Shown in pieces: positions 46,061-58,410 of a DNA stretch of 59,336 nt. Position numbers and translations under genes: made by a program. The DNA comes from Mesotaenium endlicherianum (Eukaryota): assembly GCA_009602735.1 (NCBI GenBank), contig WELA01002751.1:126447-185782 (forward strand). The letters run 5' to 3'. The notes under the pieces are model-generated. The model made no database searches. It had not been told where the DNA came from and saw nothing but the letters and a program-made list of their open reading frames with translations. Each line of letters opens with the position of its first letter. The first letter of the stretch is position 1.

Positions 46061-48096
46061 CACCTGGAAGCAGATGAGGATGTGGGTGGTGTCGAGAGTC
46101 ACAATGTTGCGGCGCCGCTCCTCCAGGTTGGCCAGGATCTTGCCCGCCTGCTGCGTCAGCGCAAAGGGGTACGGGCGCGTCTTCTTGTCTGCAGGGGGCC
46201 ACGCCATGAGGCGGTCAATCGCGCTCTCCAGAGTGGCCGCCTCCAGCCTCTCATGGGGCTCCCCGCTGGACGACACCCGTATGGACACCCGCCGCGTCAT
46301 ACTGGCCTGCCGCTTGCCTTGCTGCTGGTGGTCCTGGAGCTCGAGATGTGCTGCTTCCCCCGCATTTCCCTGCTTCTCATCAGCCCCCACGTGGTGCGGC
46401 GTCGTCTGCTCGGCCTCTTCTGGCTGCACCTCCGGGCCACCGCCCCCCCCCAGAGGAGGCTCAGGTGGAAGGTGAGCAGAAGAAGAGGCGCGGACAAGCG
46501 CAGATTTCAGCGAGTCCTGGAGCATGTCTGCCGTGACACCCGACGAGGGGCTGTTCAAAGCGGGAGGTGCGCCTCCTCTGGAGCGCGACTCTTCCGCCAG
46601 GCGCGACAACAGCTCGCGCGCAGACTGGCTGGAGGGCACCTTGGCCCCGCGCCACGAGTCGTGGACCTCCCTCAGGACCGTCTCAATAGCCGCAGACTGC
46701 AGCACAGCGCTCCGCGAGCAGCCCAGCCGCTGCATGCACGCGTCCAATTTGTTGGGAGTGCCAAACGACGAGATCTGGAAGGCGATGGAGAGGTCGCGGA
46801 TGATGACAAGGCCCACGTCACGCGGCGCCACTCGGCGTCCCTGCGGATACAGCAGCACCTGCCGCTTGCCCTTGCCCTCTCGCGCAGTCTCGTCCGGGAC
46901 CGGCGTGTCCAGCCCGAATATGACTACTCCCCACTCCACCATCAAAAACTCCGCCACCTGCCCCCGGTCCCCACTCCCTCACCCCCCCCGCACCACGTGC
47001 GCACACACGCACGCACTAACCCACACGAGTGAGGGCGAGCATCGAGCTGTCTCTCCTCTCATTCTGTGACAGTGGAGGAGAGGACCCTCTCAAAGAGCTC
47101 TCCCATACCTTGAGCAAATATCCGTGCAGCCAAGCAGGACCATCAGCCGCACGATTTGCGGCATCCTGTGGTCTTTGATGAGAAGCGTGCACGATACCTC
47201 TTCAAAGGTGAGGCCGTGGAAGGCGGGCGGCAGCAGCAGAGGGTGCACTTCGTTGAAGAGGCTCTGCTGGTACTCCGCCATGTAGTGGTCGTCGGGGAAC
47301 CCCAGGTCCACTTCCGACATGAACAGGTTGACGAGGAATGTGGACAACCCCTTCACGTAGCAGCTGCGCAAATGGATGGCACGCGCGCACCCACAAGCCA
47401 AAACGTCACTCACGGCTTCCACCTTTCAACATATAGGGAGCCAACAGCAAGCGCGCAAACTGCGTGGAACACAGCAGAGGCATCAGTTAGGAGAACACAA
47501 CAACAACCACAGCCCTCTACACGTATTGCTGTGGATAACACTTTCTTGCAGTGGCCCCACTCGGCAGGCGCTGGGGCCCATTCTGATTCCTGTTTAGCAG
47601 CTGCTGCCTCCTGTCCAGTACCATTGGCACTGCCACTGCGAAGGCTCGTGGTATTGTTGCCGCCGCCAGGTGTACAATTGAAGGAGCTTCATGCAGCAAG
47701 AATATCAGGAGAGCCCAGGTGGCGATGCCGGGGTACGTGCTCCCTCTGATCGTTGCCCGCCCTTCCTGCGGTGTGCATCTGACAAGAAGGAGAGACAATC
47801 GTAACCAGCAGCAGCAGCAGGAGGGGCCCAGGAGAACACATTCTTGGGAGGACCCACGGCACACACGGGGGCCAGCAGGGGCCAGCTCTGTCAACGTCGT
47901 GACAAGCTTGCCGTGCCTGGAGGGTTGCCTCAACAGGTGCCGTCGCATTTACCACCCGAATCGGCATCCACATCCAATACGGCACATGACAACGTTGTGG
48001 AAAGGGGGGGGGGGGGCATGGGAGTGGTTGCAAGCACTATGCACGCACAAAAGCACCCGCATACGTAGCCCCCCTTACACGCACGCGTGCACGCAT

Positions 48097-48129
<33 letters not shown>

Positions 48130-51100
48130 GATGCGCACACCTGCGGGCGAGCAGCTTGAAGCGCAGCGCGTCGAGGCACACGACCTCCACGCTGGGCCCC
48201 GCGATGCCGCCCCACACGGCGCTGGTCTCCGTCTCCGGCTGCAGCACCTCCACGATGATGCGCGACGCCGCCCCGCAGTAGCGGAACACGGACAGCGCGC
48301 GCACCACCTGCGCCGAGTCCTCCGCCGCCGGGTCCTGCGCACACCCGCGCCGCTCTCATCCTCTCTCAATCACCCGCTCGCCAGGCAAGCTCTTCAACCC
48401 AGATCATGTCTCCACTCTCACCCCTCCCTTTCCTCTGCATACAGCTCTCTTCACGGCGGAGCTGACTGTGCCCTGATGAGAGCCATCCGAGCGTTGCCAG
48501 CTCTCTGAAGCCGGTCCTCAGCAGTACTCGTCACACTTGGGGTGCAGGATCCAGCAGCATAGCAACAGTGCACTCAGTGCACTACAGCACTTGCGCAAGA
48601 ACCACAGCCTCTATATCATTATTCAGATGCCCATCGATTGACCCCAGCCCCAGACCTTTCACTTCAGAGGGCACCGGGGCCAAGAAAATAGGACACATCA
48701 GGCAATTCCGCTCATACATCACATCATGCCCATTCCACCCGCAACACTCCCAGCGGGCTTCCATGAGCGCAGATCCCATGTACGATGCAAGCGTCCTAGA
48801 AAGGGCCCCAGCGGCCCACCTCAGCAGCGGAGTCCGCGAGGAGGTACACGGCGGAGGCAGCTCTGACGCTGACGCGCGACAGGTCCGCCTGCTTGATGGG
48901 CGTGCCCTCGAAGAACTCCACGAGGCCGTTGTAGCGCGCCACCAGGCCCTCCAGCTGATACCTGCTCCCCATACAGAGCACCACGCGTGTCAAAGCACAA
49001 GAAGCTCACACGGGTTCTGCTGTGATACAAGGCAAGGAGCAGCTGCACAGCCTACCTTATTCCTACGCCTATTCTGCACACGGCTCAGAAGGACGATGTG
49101 CACACTGCTGCTCGAGTGTTTTTCCAGTCAATAGTGGCAAGGAACAGATTGGAAGGGAAACGACAGGGAACCAGCGGAGGCTCAAGAGCACCCTGACTCG
49201 AAATCTGTCACACACCACACATGCGCCCGCGTATACACCCACCCACCCACCCACACACATGCGCGTGCACGTGTGCGCAAAAGAGAGGGGGAGAGAAGGG
49301 GGAGAGGACTGACGAGGGGCGGAAGGGGGCCAGGATGATGGTCCTCAAGGGGTGCGTGGAGTCGATGTAGCCCTGCAGCTCTGCCCCTCCCCACTCGCCC
49401 CCCCTCTGTGAGTGAGAGCCGTCGCCACATCCTCCAGCATCCCGTTCCGGAACCAGCAGCAGCGAGGGACCGCGTGAAGCTTCTTCTTCACAGACTCTTT
49501 TTAGTGATAAGTATACTAGCAGTGTACAACTGCACCTGTCCAACAGGAGGAGGAGAAGGAGAAGGAGGAGGAGGAGGAGTGGGCGGGCGGGCGAGCACCT
49601 TTGTCGTGGGTGAGGCGGTAGAACTCGCTGAGGAACGTGTCGATCGTCTCGTACGAGATGCTGCCGCTGATGATCACGTACTGCGAGTTATCCACCTTGT
49701 TCACCGCAAACTTGCCGCCGTACGGCCTGCACGCTTGTCGTCGCGGACCCCGCCGCACACCCCAACCCCTTCCCCCGATCAACAACCACCTGTACTGCCT
49801 CCTCTTCCGCTTCCCCCTCCCACCTCAGGAGACTACTCGTGGCAGGGTGCAAGGGGCAGGAGGAGAGGGCACCTGGTGGCTGCCAGGCTGACGAGGTTGG
49901 AGAGCTGGTAGGGCAGCACCACTAGCGCCAGCAGGATGGTGAGCATGCCCACCAGGCGGCCCCAGAAGGAGTGCGGCGTCACGTCTCCGTATCCCACCGT
50001 CGATATCTGCACACCCTCGGGTACTCAACAGGGAGGGGGCTGCTGAGCCAACCAGCAGCCGGCGGGAGGGGCAGCGAGGCCTGACTGGTGCGCCCTTGCC
50101 TTGCTCTACGCATGAACGAGGTAAGGAAACAAGCAGCCCTGAAGGGCCGGGCGGGTGACAAGCGCACGAGCATGGGAGCACGCGTGGGTGCTAAGAGGAC
50201 GGTGTTGGGGGGCGGGGGGGAGCGGGGAGCAGGGGGGACAGAGGGGGAAAGCGCGCGCGCGCACGCACCGTGACCCAGACGAAGTAGACGCATTCGTAGA
50301 ACTCGATGTAGTCACCGTTGCTGCGCAGCTCCACCCACTGCACCAGCCCCGCGTCGATAAACACTGCCGCCCGCCCGCCCGCCATGAAGCTGGTCAGCGC
50401 GCGCCCCCGACCTTTCTACGCCTCCGACTCCGCTCCCTCGCTTCCTCCCTCCGCCCCTGCCTGCCTGTTTGTTTGTCTGTCTCCGCATGGGTGCTCTTTG
50501 ACCAAAGACAGCCACCAGCTTCCCGCCTTGTCGGCACCATCGTAGCAAGCAGCGCTCGTCAGTGCGCAGCAGTACCAGAATAGGAGCAGGCAGGCGGGGA
50601 GGAGGAGGGGGGGCGCACGCACCCATGCCGAAGGTGCTGACGATGAGCAGCAGCAGGCGTTGCTCCAGGTTGGAGCCGCGGATGCCCACCTTGTGCATCA
50701 GTGGGTACAGCCTGCTCACCCCCCCCCTCCCCGCAGCCAGCCGGTTGAGAGTGCTGCAGCAGCGCGCGTGCACGCCGGCCGGCCTCTTGTCCGCCCAGCC
50801 AGCCACGCCCTGTGTTGGATGCACCACACTACGCCTCACTCGCATGAATTCAAGGGAGAAAGCACGGGGACGCTGCAAAGCATGGCACCTGGGGAGCCCT
50901 GCAGCAGCATTGGCTGAAATGGGCCTCAACACCTGTGCCCCATGCTCAGCTCAATTCTACTCAGATCCAAAGACCTGATTATACGCAGCTGCCTGTATCG
51001 TCCATCCCCGCATACATATGGAATTCCCTAAGTCTGGGTTCAACCATATAGACATAGATAATACAGATACAGGACATATATATACATATATATACATATA

Positions 51101-53933
51101 TGTGCATACACGTACACGCACACATACAGCAGCAGAGAGAGGGAGGAAGAGGAGGCGGGAGGGGGACAAACCGGATGATACGCAAGAACTGCACCAGTCT
51201 CAAGAAGCTCACCCACCCTGCCCCCAGGTCCCTGCATGCCAGGGGGGGGGCAAGAGACACAGACAGTAACAGAGAGAGAAAGTGAGACTGGAAATCCTGC
51301 AAATGAGATGACACGTAGCATCACCCCTGCACGCACACATGCATGCACCCACCCATGCATGGCAATGCCTCTCAAAGAGGGCGGTGACCGCCAACAAGTG
51401 TGCTGCTAGCCGGCTGAGGCAGAGGAGGAGGTGCAAAAGTGCGTTGCTGGCTGCGGCTGTGGCAGGGGCTGTGGAGGGGAGAGAGCGAGCAGGCTCCAGG
51501 CATGCACTCACCAGCCAAAGACAAGGATGAGCGGGATGATGCTGAGCACGTCCACGATGCCGCCCACCGACGTGGCATAGTGCATGCGCACGTTCTCGCT
51601 GCACCCCCCGGCCCCCCACGCCCGCATTTACGCTTTTTGCCACCGGAGCTCTCAATGCGAGCTGCAACTCCCGTGTGTTTGTTTCTGCCCTTACATCATA
51701 AACCGGCAGCTTTCCAGCAGGTCCGCCGAAGCAGGCGTGGGACAACCCAACGCCCGCTTTACCACGGCAGAGGGGTCACACTCCACACACATTCAGAGCT
51801 CTCGCAAGCATTGCGCAGCATCTCCTACAAACAATGGAGCTCTCCTGCGTGTTGCTTCACAGCGACACTCGCAGAAGGAAAACAATGGAGCAGAGTCAGC
51901 GAGCACCCAGGCAGGCAGGCAGGCGGGCAGGCCTCCCGGAGGGTGGGGGCGGTGCACAGCAGGTGCCAGGGGGAGAAGTTGCGGCGGCACGCACCTGAAG
52001 AGTGTGAGGGCGTAGTCAAACGTGAAGAAGATGCTGATGGCGTTCTGCGCGCGGGAGGTCCAGCCGGGGATGTCCTCCAGGTGGTACCTGCATGACACGT
52101 GGCACGCATCATATCATGCCAGGCAGGCGCGCTCATCACGGGGAGCCCCGTCTCAGAGAAAGCTCTCTGTCTCGGGCACTCTCAAAGCACACTCCCCAAC
52201 AAAACATACCCCTAAATCCGGGGGCGCAGCACAATCCTCTTCAGTCACGCTCAAGCATGATGGGAATCCACGTCTCAGAAAAGCTCTCTGGCTCTCTGTA
52301 AGCACACCCTCAACGATTCCCCAGTCCTAATTTCGACAAACAGCACAGTCCTTCCCATAGTAGAAGCTCCGGCACGGGCAAGACCAAGCAGGCTGCAGCC
52401 CCTCCACTCTTCCCCCCGTTTTGTTGGGCCTCTTGCACCTCCCTTCTTCTCGTTCACCCCCGAAGCGGATAATCACTACAACAGTGCGAAATTCTTTATG
52501 CACAGGGTGACGTTTAACGACCTTGCAAACCCACTCGGAGGGGTTGGTCAAGGGGGGCTGGCTGGATGGGGGTAGGTGCAAAAAAGAGCGAGGGCAGGCA
52601 GGGCGCGTGGCAGACGGAGCAGCAGCAGCAGCAGAGGGCGGGGCGGGGAGGGAGGGGGCCACGTGTGCGGGCGTACGAGGCATAGATATAGAGGATGCCG
52701 GACAAGGCCGCGCCGATGCCCTCCAGCTGCGCACCCAGCACCACCACCGCATGCAGCGTCACCCCCCCCGTGTTCACGCAAACAAAGCACGACAGCAACG
52801 ACACAGCGACGCAGCATATGCATATCGCGTGATCCGCGGTGCCTTCTCTCAACTGCACGCAGCCTCCTTGCTTCCCCTGCGCCGGCTGTGGGGACCCCTG
52901 GGTCGCATCAAAGTAGTCGCGAGAGGAGTTAGCTGACACGGGCGAGGAGAGAGCGTACCGAGTGGATGAGCAGGCCCAGGTAGCCAGACCGCAGGGCCGT
53001 CCGCACTTTCAGGCTGAGCGCTACTTGTCCGTACAGGGAGGACTCGTGGTAGGTCTGCGCACGCAAGGTATGGGCAACGACACGAGAACATGGGGACCAA
53101 AACCCGCATCACGCATGAGAAGCACAGTCACCCCTTATGTCCCACAGTCACTCCACATATGAAGCACTGGCTTCGTCTCACGTGTGGCAAAGACGGGGGA
53201 CGATAGGATGAAGCGGGGAAGAAAGGGACACGGTTGTAGCAGCTCCTGTAAAGCGCGGCCGGTTCCTCTTCATGCCCCACCGGGGGGGGGCAGGGAGGGG
53301 GAGGCGGGCGGAAGTGGAAGAGAGGAGGGCATGGTCCAACTGAGGGGACCTGACGGCAGAGTTGGAGGAGCAGGCGAGGGCGCCATGCCATGGCTTGCTA
53401 CGCCAGCGACAAGCGCACCAACTCGCGCCGAAGCAGCACGGAGGCGGCGAGAGCGAGCTCCCACGGCCCCCCACGTGAAGCCCACCATCCCCAGCCACTC
53501 TCTTGTCGCCAGGCGTCCGTTACTCCCGCACAGAAGGGAGGGGGGGGGGGGNNNNNNNNNNNNNNNNNNNNNNNNNNNNNNNNNNNNNNNNNNNNNNNNN
53601 NNGGGGGGGGGGGGGAGAGATAGCGCGCAGGACATGGACCGACAACAGCAGGGGGAGGTGGGGAGGCGCACCCACCCGGAGGACCTCGGGAGCGGCGTCC
53701 ACGGCCTTCTGGCGCTGCCGCTTCTTCAGCCGTCGCAGGAAGTTGGCCTCGCGCTCCGACAAGTAGGCCAGGTTCGTCCCGGCCTCAGGGGGCACCACGT
53801 GGTCCCCGAAGCGTCCCGAGGTGGTAAAGCGGAGGCCGCTCCCCGCGCCCGCCCGCCCCCCGCCATCGTCACCCCCCTCTGCGTCGTCTTGGGGCGAATA
53901 TGAGCTGTGAGCTCCATTAGCAGGAGCAGCCAT
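42581..53933 (-). CDS. BK/Slo-family potassium channel with two RCK domains, about 21 exons
   Basis: S1 LEGIGAALSGILYIYASY (52726-52677), S2 AQNAISIFFTFDYALTLF, S3 GIVDVLSIIP, S4 VSFLRLVQFLRIIRL, pore CVYFVWVT|ISTVGYGDVTPHSFWGR (50006-49873). RCK1: YVIISGSISYETIDTFLSEFY, FFEGTPIKQADLSRV, RIIVEVL, VVCLDALRFKLLARSCYVKGLSTFLVNL. RCK2: PVVILH, FPDVFFVEGSPMHELDLLRAGI. C-terminal PYVYTNPHHQVIVSREDLVFVII*. Confidence 0.93.
44765..44816 (+). repeat. (GAG)n microsatellite in a BK channel intron
   Basis: About 17 perfect GAG units just inside the donor following ...ILQA. Confidence 0.95.
45939..46058 (+). repeat. (GA)n microsatellite in a BK channel intron
   Basis: About 60 GA units starting a few nt after the CAG|gtgcc donor on the minus strand. 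Confidence 0.97.
48098..48127 (+). repeat. (CA)n microsatellite in a BK channel intron
   Basis: About 15 CA units. Confidence 0.95.
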
Positions 53934-56528
53934 GAGAGTCCTTTCGCGCCTACCTCATCGAGCTCTGCTGCTGCTGCTGCTCCCTCTGCGGAATACCATG
54001 CGACGGCACGCCACCTGGCTCACACGGCACGCGCATCGCAATTTGTCTCACGGGCCATCATGCAGCTGGTGTGCAGAGGTGCCATGAGAGCCGAGCGTGA
54101 GAAGCAGTCCCAGAGCCTCATGTGCCATTGATGGAGGAGGTGAAGTTGTAAATGGCATGCACGGCACACAGTCAGTCGGTCGGTCGGCCCCGTCCGCCTT
54201 GGCCCTGGCAAGCACGGCGTCTACTTGCTGAGAGGAATGCAGTAATGGCTCACACGTGCCGACAGAGTGCCTGCTGCAAGCCATGCCCTGCTGAGGTGGC
54301 AGCGGCGGCCCTCCTCCTCCGCAGCAGGCAGCAGCTACTCTGACGCGCCCCCAATCACTCAGTCACTCACTCCCTCCCTGACACCAGCACCGCTTGGGGC
54401 GAGCTTCCCAAGGCCCCTCCGCGCCTTAGAGAGCAGCCACAAGGTATCCTGTGGCAGCTGCACCAGCAGGCCAGCTGGCAACCGCTCACGCTCGCTCTCA
54501 CGCAACCGCTCACGCTCGCTCTCACGCAAGTGCTTACGCTCATGCTCATGCTCCCACAGGCTAGCTCGCCGCCAGCTCCATTCTTGTGCTTCTGTTTGAC
54601 AACAGAGAGGCCTGGAGTGTGATCCGATGCCAGAGAAGCTTACAACTGACATTTGCTCTTATTCATCACTGCATGCACGCCTCTCCAAGGCGAGTACTTG
54701 TTCATGTAGGAAGGCGTGAGTAAGCAGTCACCCTTGCTCATAGGAGCACCCCGTGCGGGTGCCACCTGCCATCACGGGGCCCTACGAGCTTGCACATATA
54801 TGGGAGTTGCAGTAAGAATAGCCTTAGATGTCCTATATAGATTTCTTGTACCACGCGCCTTCATGAGCTTTCGTCCCCGACAACCCCCCCTCCCCCCCGC
54901 CCCACTCCTCCCCTATTTTCAGAATCGATTCTCCAAGTAGCAGCTACCCACAGGCTGTCATGGCCGTTTGGCAAGCATGTTTCATCCTATCTGGTACTAG
55001 GGGCCCGTTACATGCCATTTGTACGGAGTTGGCTTGTTGACTACTATGATGTCGGTGTGATGAAACCCGTTTGAGTGAGCTGAAACTTTGGTCATAGCAG
55101 TTTACTAGTTTGAGGTTACTGATAGCCGGCTTACTGTGACTCATTTTTTATGTATTCAAATTGTTGTGACATGCAGTGTAAAGACGGGTGGTTGTGAGGG
55201 GATCACTGATCAGGACAGGTGCTTACAAGGTAGGAAAAGGGCAGGTCAGGTTCAATATCGTTTTGAAAACCAAAGGACTGGTTGTACAAACGCACTGATA
55301 GAGAGTAGGTGTGAACGCCTAAGCCTCCCCGCCCCTCTTTTGCCTAGCATGAGAAAAGAATTCAAAGGTTCTCTTTGAGCCACCGAACGTAGACCACCCT
55401 CACTCACGAACAGCAGTCTCAGTGAGTGTGCTGTTCTGAGTTCTTGCTGTTTAAAGGCATCGCCCTCACAAGGCGCCTTTCTTCTTTCTCCTTCCCAGAA
55501 TGAGAACAAGGCATTGTCTGATCCCTCTGTTAGTCGAACTCCTGCATTTCCCTCTCTCGAGTTTGCGAGAAACAGTTACAAGAACAAACCAGCTCATGCA
55601 TAAGGCCTACAACGGTCAGGACAAAACGCAGTGGCCATGCGATATTATGGAATCATCCTCCTAGAGCCACCCCCCAAATTCGGAAACCCTCACCTTGTTA
55701 ACCTTTACGTAAAGAGTGGCAAGGAAGATAACTGTAGTCAGCAACGCGCCAGGCAGAAGAACAAACTCGGATCCATATCAATTGCACAGCAGTGACAACC
55801 GCATCCTGATCGAACACGATAGGTGTAGCCGCCAAAACGGATAGAAAATGCAAACGGCTTACCTAGAATGTTCGACACCAGATTACAGCAGTTTAAAGGC
55901 CACAGAAAATGGACTTTCTCGTTAACCATCCTCCTCTCATTTCACCGGGTCCGTTCCGGAAGAAGATCGCTAGCGAGGTCCGCCTCAGTTGACTCTAGAA
56001 AACAAAGTACGCGAAGGAGGAGAAGTAGAATGTGTTTCTCTTCAAAGTTCCTCACGTAAATCGAGTTCGTTCCACTCGAGTTGAATGCTATCGGGCATTC
56101 GGACAATCAAGCAAGTTCGAAGTTCGAGGTTGCACTTGGTCGCACTAGTCCAAACCGTAATAGACCACCCTAAGCTGCGGCCAGTGCATGCAGCCAGCTT
56201 GACGTACCCCTGCGTGCTCCATATTCGATTTTTGCAATCGAGCCATGCTGGTCAATGGAGATCGATGCAGATTGGCTCACATCAGGATCACATGGGCACA
56301 TACGCCCGCCATGCTGTCGGTCATCTGACTTGGTCAAACAAATGCGAGTAGGTGGCCTGGAATGACGGGTCTGCCGGAGCTGTACTTGTCACTCTGTGAA
56401 GAGCGTTGAATGTGAAAATGACCAGTACAAAACATGCGAAACAAATAGTATTAGGGGCCAGGGCTGGTTTAAATCGTCTGGTAAATATCTGCAAACAATC
56501 GTCTTTTCCGGGACAGCGGCCTTCAAAG

Positions 56529-57051
56529 CAGGCCCCAGGATTCGACAAAAGTCGCGGATTTCGGGAAATTTCCGAAACATCCTCTGGCCTGCTCTGGGCG
56601 ACGGTCAGGGTTTCGAGAACATCCGACAAAATTTGGTAGGATTTTTTTTATAATTCTTGCGTTTGTGTGAAGAAATTCAATATTGACGAATTGTGGTGAG
56701 TCTGGTCACTTATTTCAACAGGTCTAACGACATTGTACCAAGAATCAATTCCATGGCCATCTCTGTGACATACCCAACCATATATGATGTGATAATTGTC
56801 AATATAATACAACTATTGGCGCTTTTGTCGAGGTTGTTGCGCCAAAACTCATGTCCGCATTCATATACCGCACTGCGTATACCGAACTGCGTCGGAATTG
56901 AACACTGCGCTTAAAATCGATGAGGCGAAGATTTTACGCGACATCGGCTCCTAATGCCCAGGATTTCTTTTGACATAATCTAAGATTTTCAAGATTTTAA
57001 AACATCCAAAGAAGCAAATAACATAAAATTTATTTCGAATCCTGGGGCCTG
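56529..57051 (+). mobile_element. hAT-type MITE (523 bp) with perfect 17-bp TIRs and a perfect 8-bp TSD
   Basis: TIR caggccccaggattcga (56529-56545) and tcgaatcctggggcctg (57035-57051). TSD cttcaaag at 56521-56528 and 57052-57059. No transposase ORF. Confidence 0.92.
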
Positions 57052-57834
57052 CTTCAAAGAAACATGAACAGATACACAGCCCAACCTGCAGGGTGCAACC
57101 AGGCACAACCAGGCCGTTCTGAAATTCACTTGTATTTGTACGCTTTAATTCGACATTATGCGCTGAGCGATGCGTGACCTTCTTGACCAGTTTACCTTCC
57201 CGGGGCAGGCCTGATCCTATAGTCCAGCGCATAGACCAACCTAGCCCAAACTAGGCAGATTTCAGTCTCGAAAGGGAGCAAGTCGTATCTGAATCACCCG
57301 CCCGCTTCGTAAATAACGTCACTCAAGCGGAAGCCTGCTTCAAGTTGCTTCAAGTGCTTCAATCAGGATCCAGTCTCTGTTGAAGCATGCATGCCATTGC
57401 ATGCAGTCTTTTAGACCTGCATGCCCGTCTCATGTGTCAACGTGCAATTATCGATTTTTGCTTCAGAAAATCTCGAAAAGCTCTATAGAAGTTCTTTCGT
57501 GTGAAAATGTTGTTTGTGTAAAAGCTTGTCATCTGCGGAGTTCCCGAATAGGAATCTATCGACAGTAGAGTATTTGATTTTCGCACTTCATTTGACGCCT
57601 GTTTGAATCCTCCAACCGGTTTTTGGTTTCAAACTACCAAAATAAGAGGGTTATTTGTTTCTCCTCTTCACCAAGCTATTGCTGATGCGCGCTATGAAGA
57701 ATTCCGAAATTTATATCCTTTCCGTACTCTCACATGGAGCGTAACGTGTGCTCGAGTCATCAAATCAGGGGCAAAAAAACGGCTGAGACCTCTTATATGT
57801 CGCTGGAGATTCAGTAATTTTCCCGACTACTACC

Positions 57835-58410
57835 ATGGCGTTACCAGGTTTGAGCAAACTGCTCCCTGGCGTATCCTTGAAGGGCCTAATATTAATCTGT
57901 TTAGCTGTTCACTTCATAAGGATCACGGTTGTCCCTATGTTAGCTCGAGCTACAGGCCACGGAGAGTATGCAGACACAGAGAAATTGCTTAGAGCGACGG
58001 GATATAAGCCCATAGGGCCCTGCTCATTACCCAGACCAGTCAAAGAGTGCACGGTGAATGAAAGGATACACTTAGTGCTGGTCTCTGCACAGTGGGACAG
58101 GGAGCCCTTCACAGCTGACGAAACCGAAGTAGTGATCAAGTCTATACTAGCGCATACGCAGTGCAAATTGTTTTTCCACTTCATGGTGACAGGCGAGGCC
58201 GAGGAATGGGGTCTTACGAGCATCATGGAGGCTATGGGGGCGATACCCTATGACTCTGTGGGGCCCATTCCTCCTACTATTGCTAGGCACGACAATCATT
58301 TTAGAGTGGACGAGATCAGCATAGATCCCGACGTAGAGGACGAAGTTGACCCTGACGCACCAGTCGCATATGCTGTGCACCCCATTCCTGTTCATTACGT
58401 CCGAGAGCAG
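57835..58410 (+). CDS. First exon of a type II membrane glycosyltransferase, GT8 LARGE/GXYLT-like. The gene continues past the window.
   Basis: N-terminal hydrophobic anchor (GLILICLAVHFIRITVVPML), then RIHLVLVSA...ETEVVIKSILAHTQCKLFFHFMVT, resembling the IH-hydrophobic...KS(V/I)L...LHFH start of LARGE/GXYLT xylosyltransferase domains. Strong donor CAG|gtaagt at 58410/58411. The DxD motif is not within the window. Confidence 0.6.

Noticed and set aside
44406..46475. Poly-E, poly-R, poly-G and RE/SL-repeat ORFs
   Set aside because: Translations of intronic microsatellites and antisense shadows of the GC-rich BK exons.
53270..53520. Hydrophobic ORF segment (WLGMVGFTWGAVG...) as a possible BK S0 exon
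   Set aside because: Only weak acceptors and donors are available, and the flanking exons already join in phase without it. Not fully excluded, because a gap is adjacent.
56061..56140. GTTCGA motifs suggestive of a tRNA T-loop or SINE B box
   Set aside because: No cloverleaf or correctly spaced A box could be built.
57713..57721. ATATCCTTT resembling a U12 AT-AC donor
   Set aside because: No TCCTTAAC-like branch point or AC acceptor in a sensible position, and it lies upstream of the CDS.
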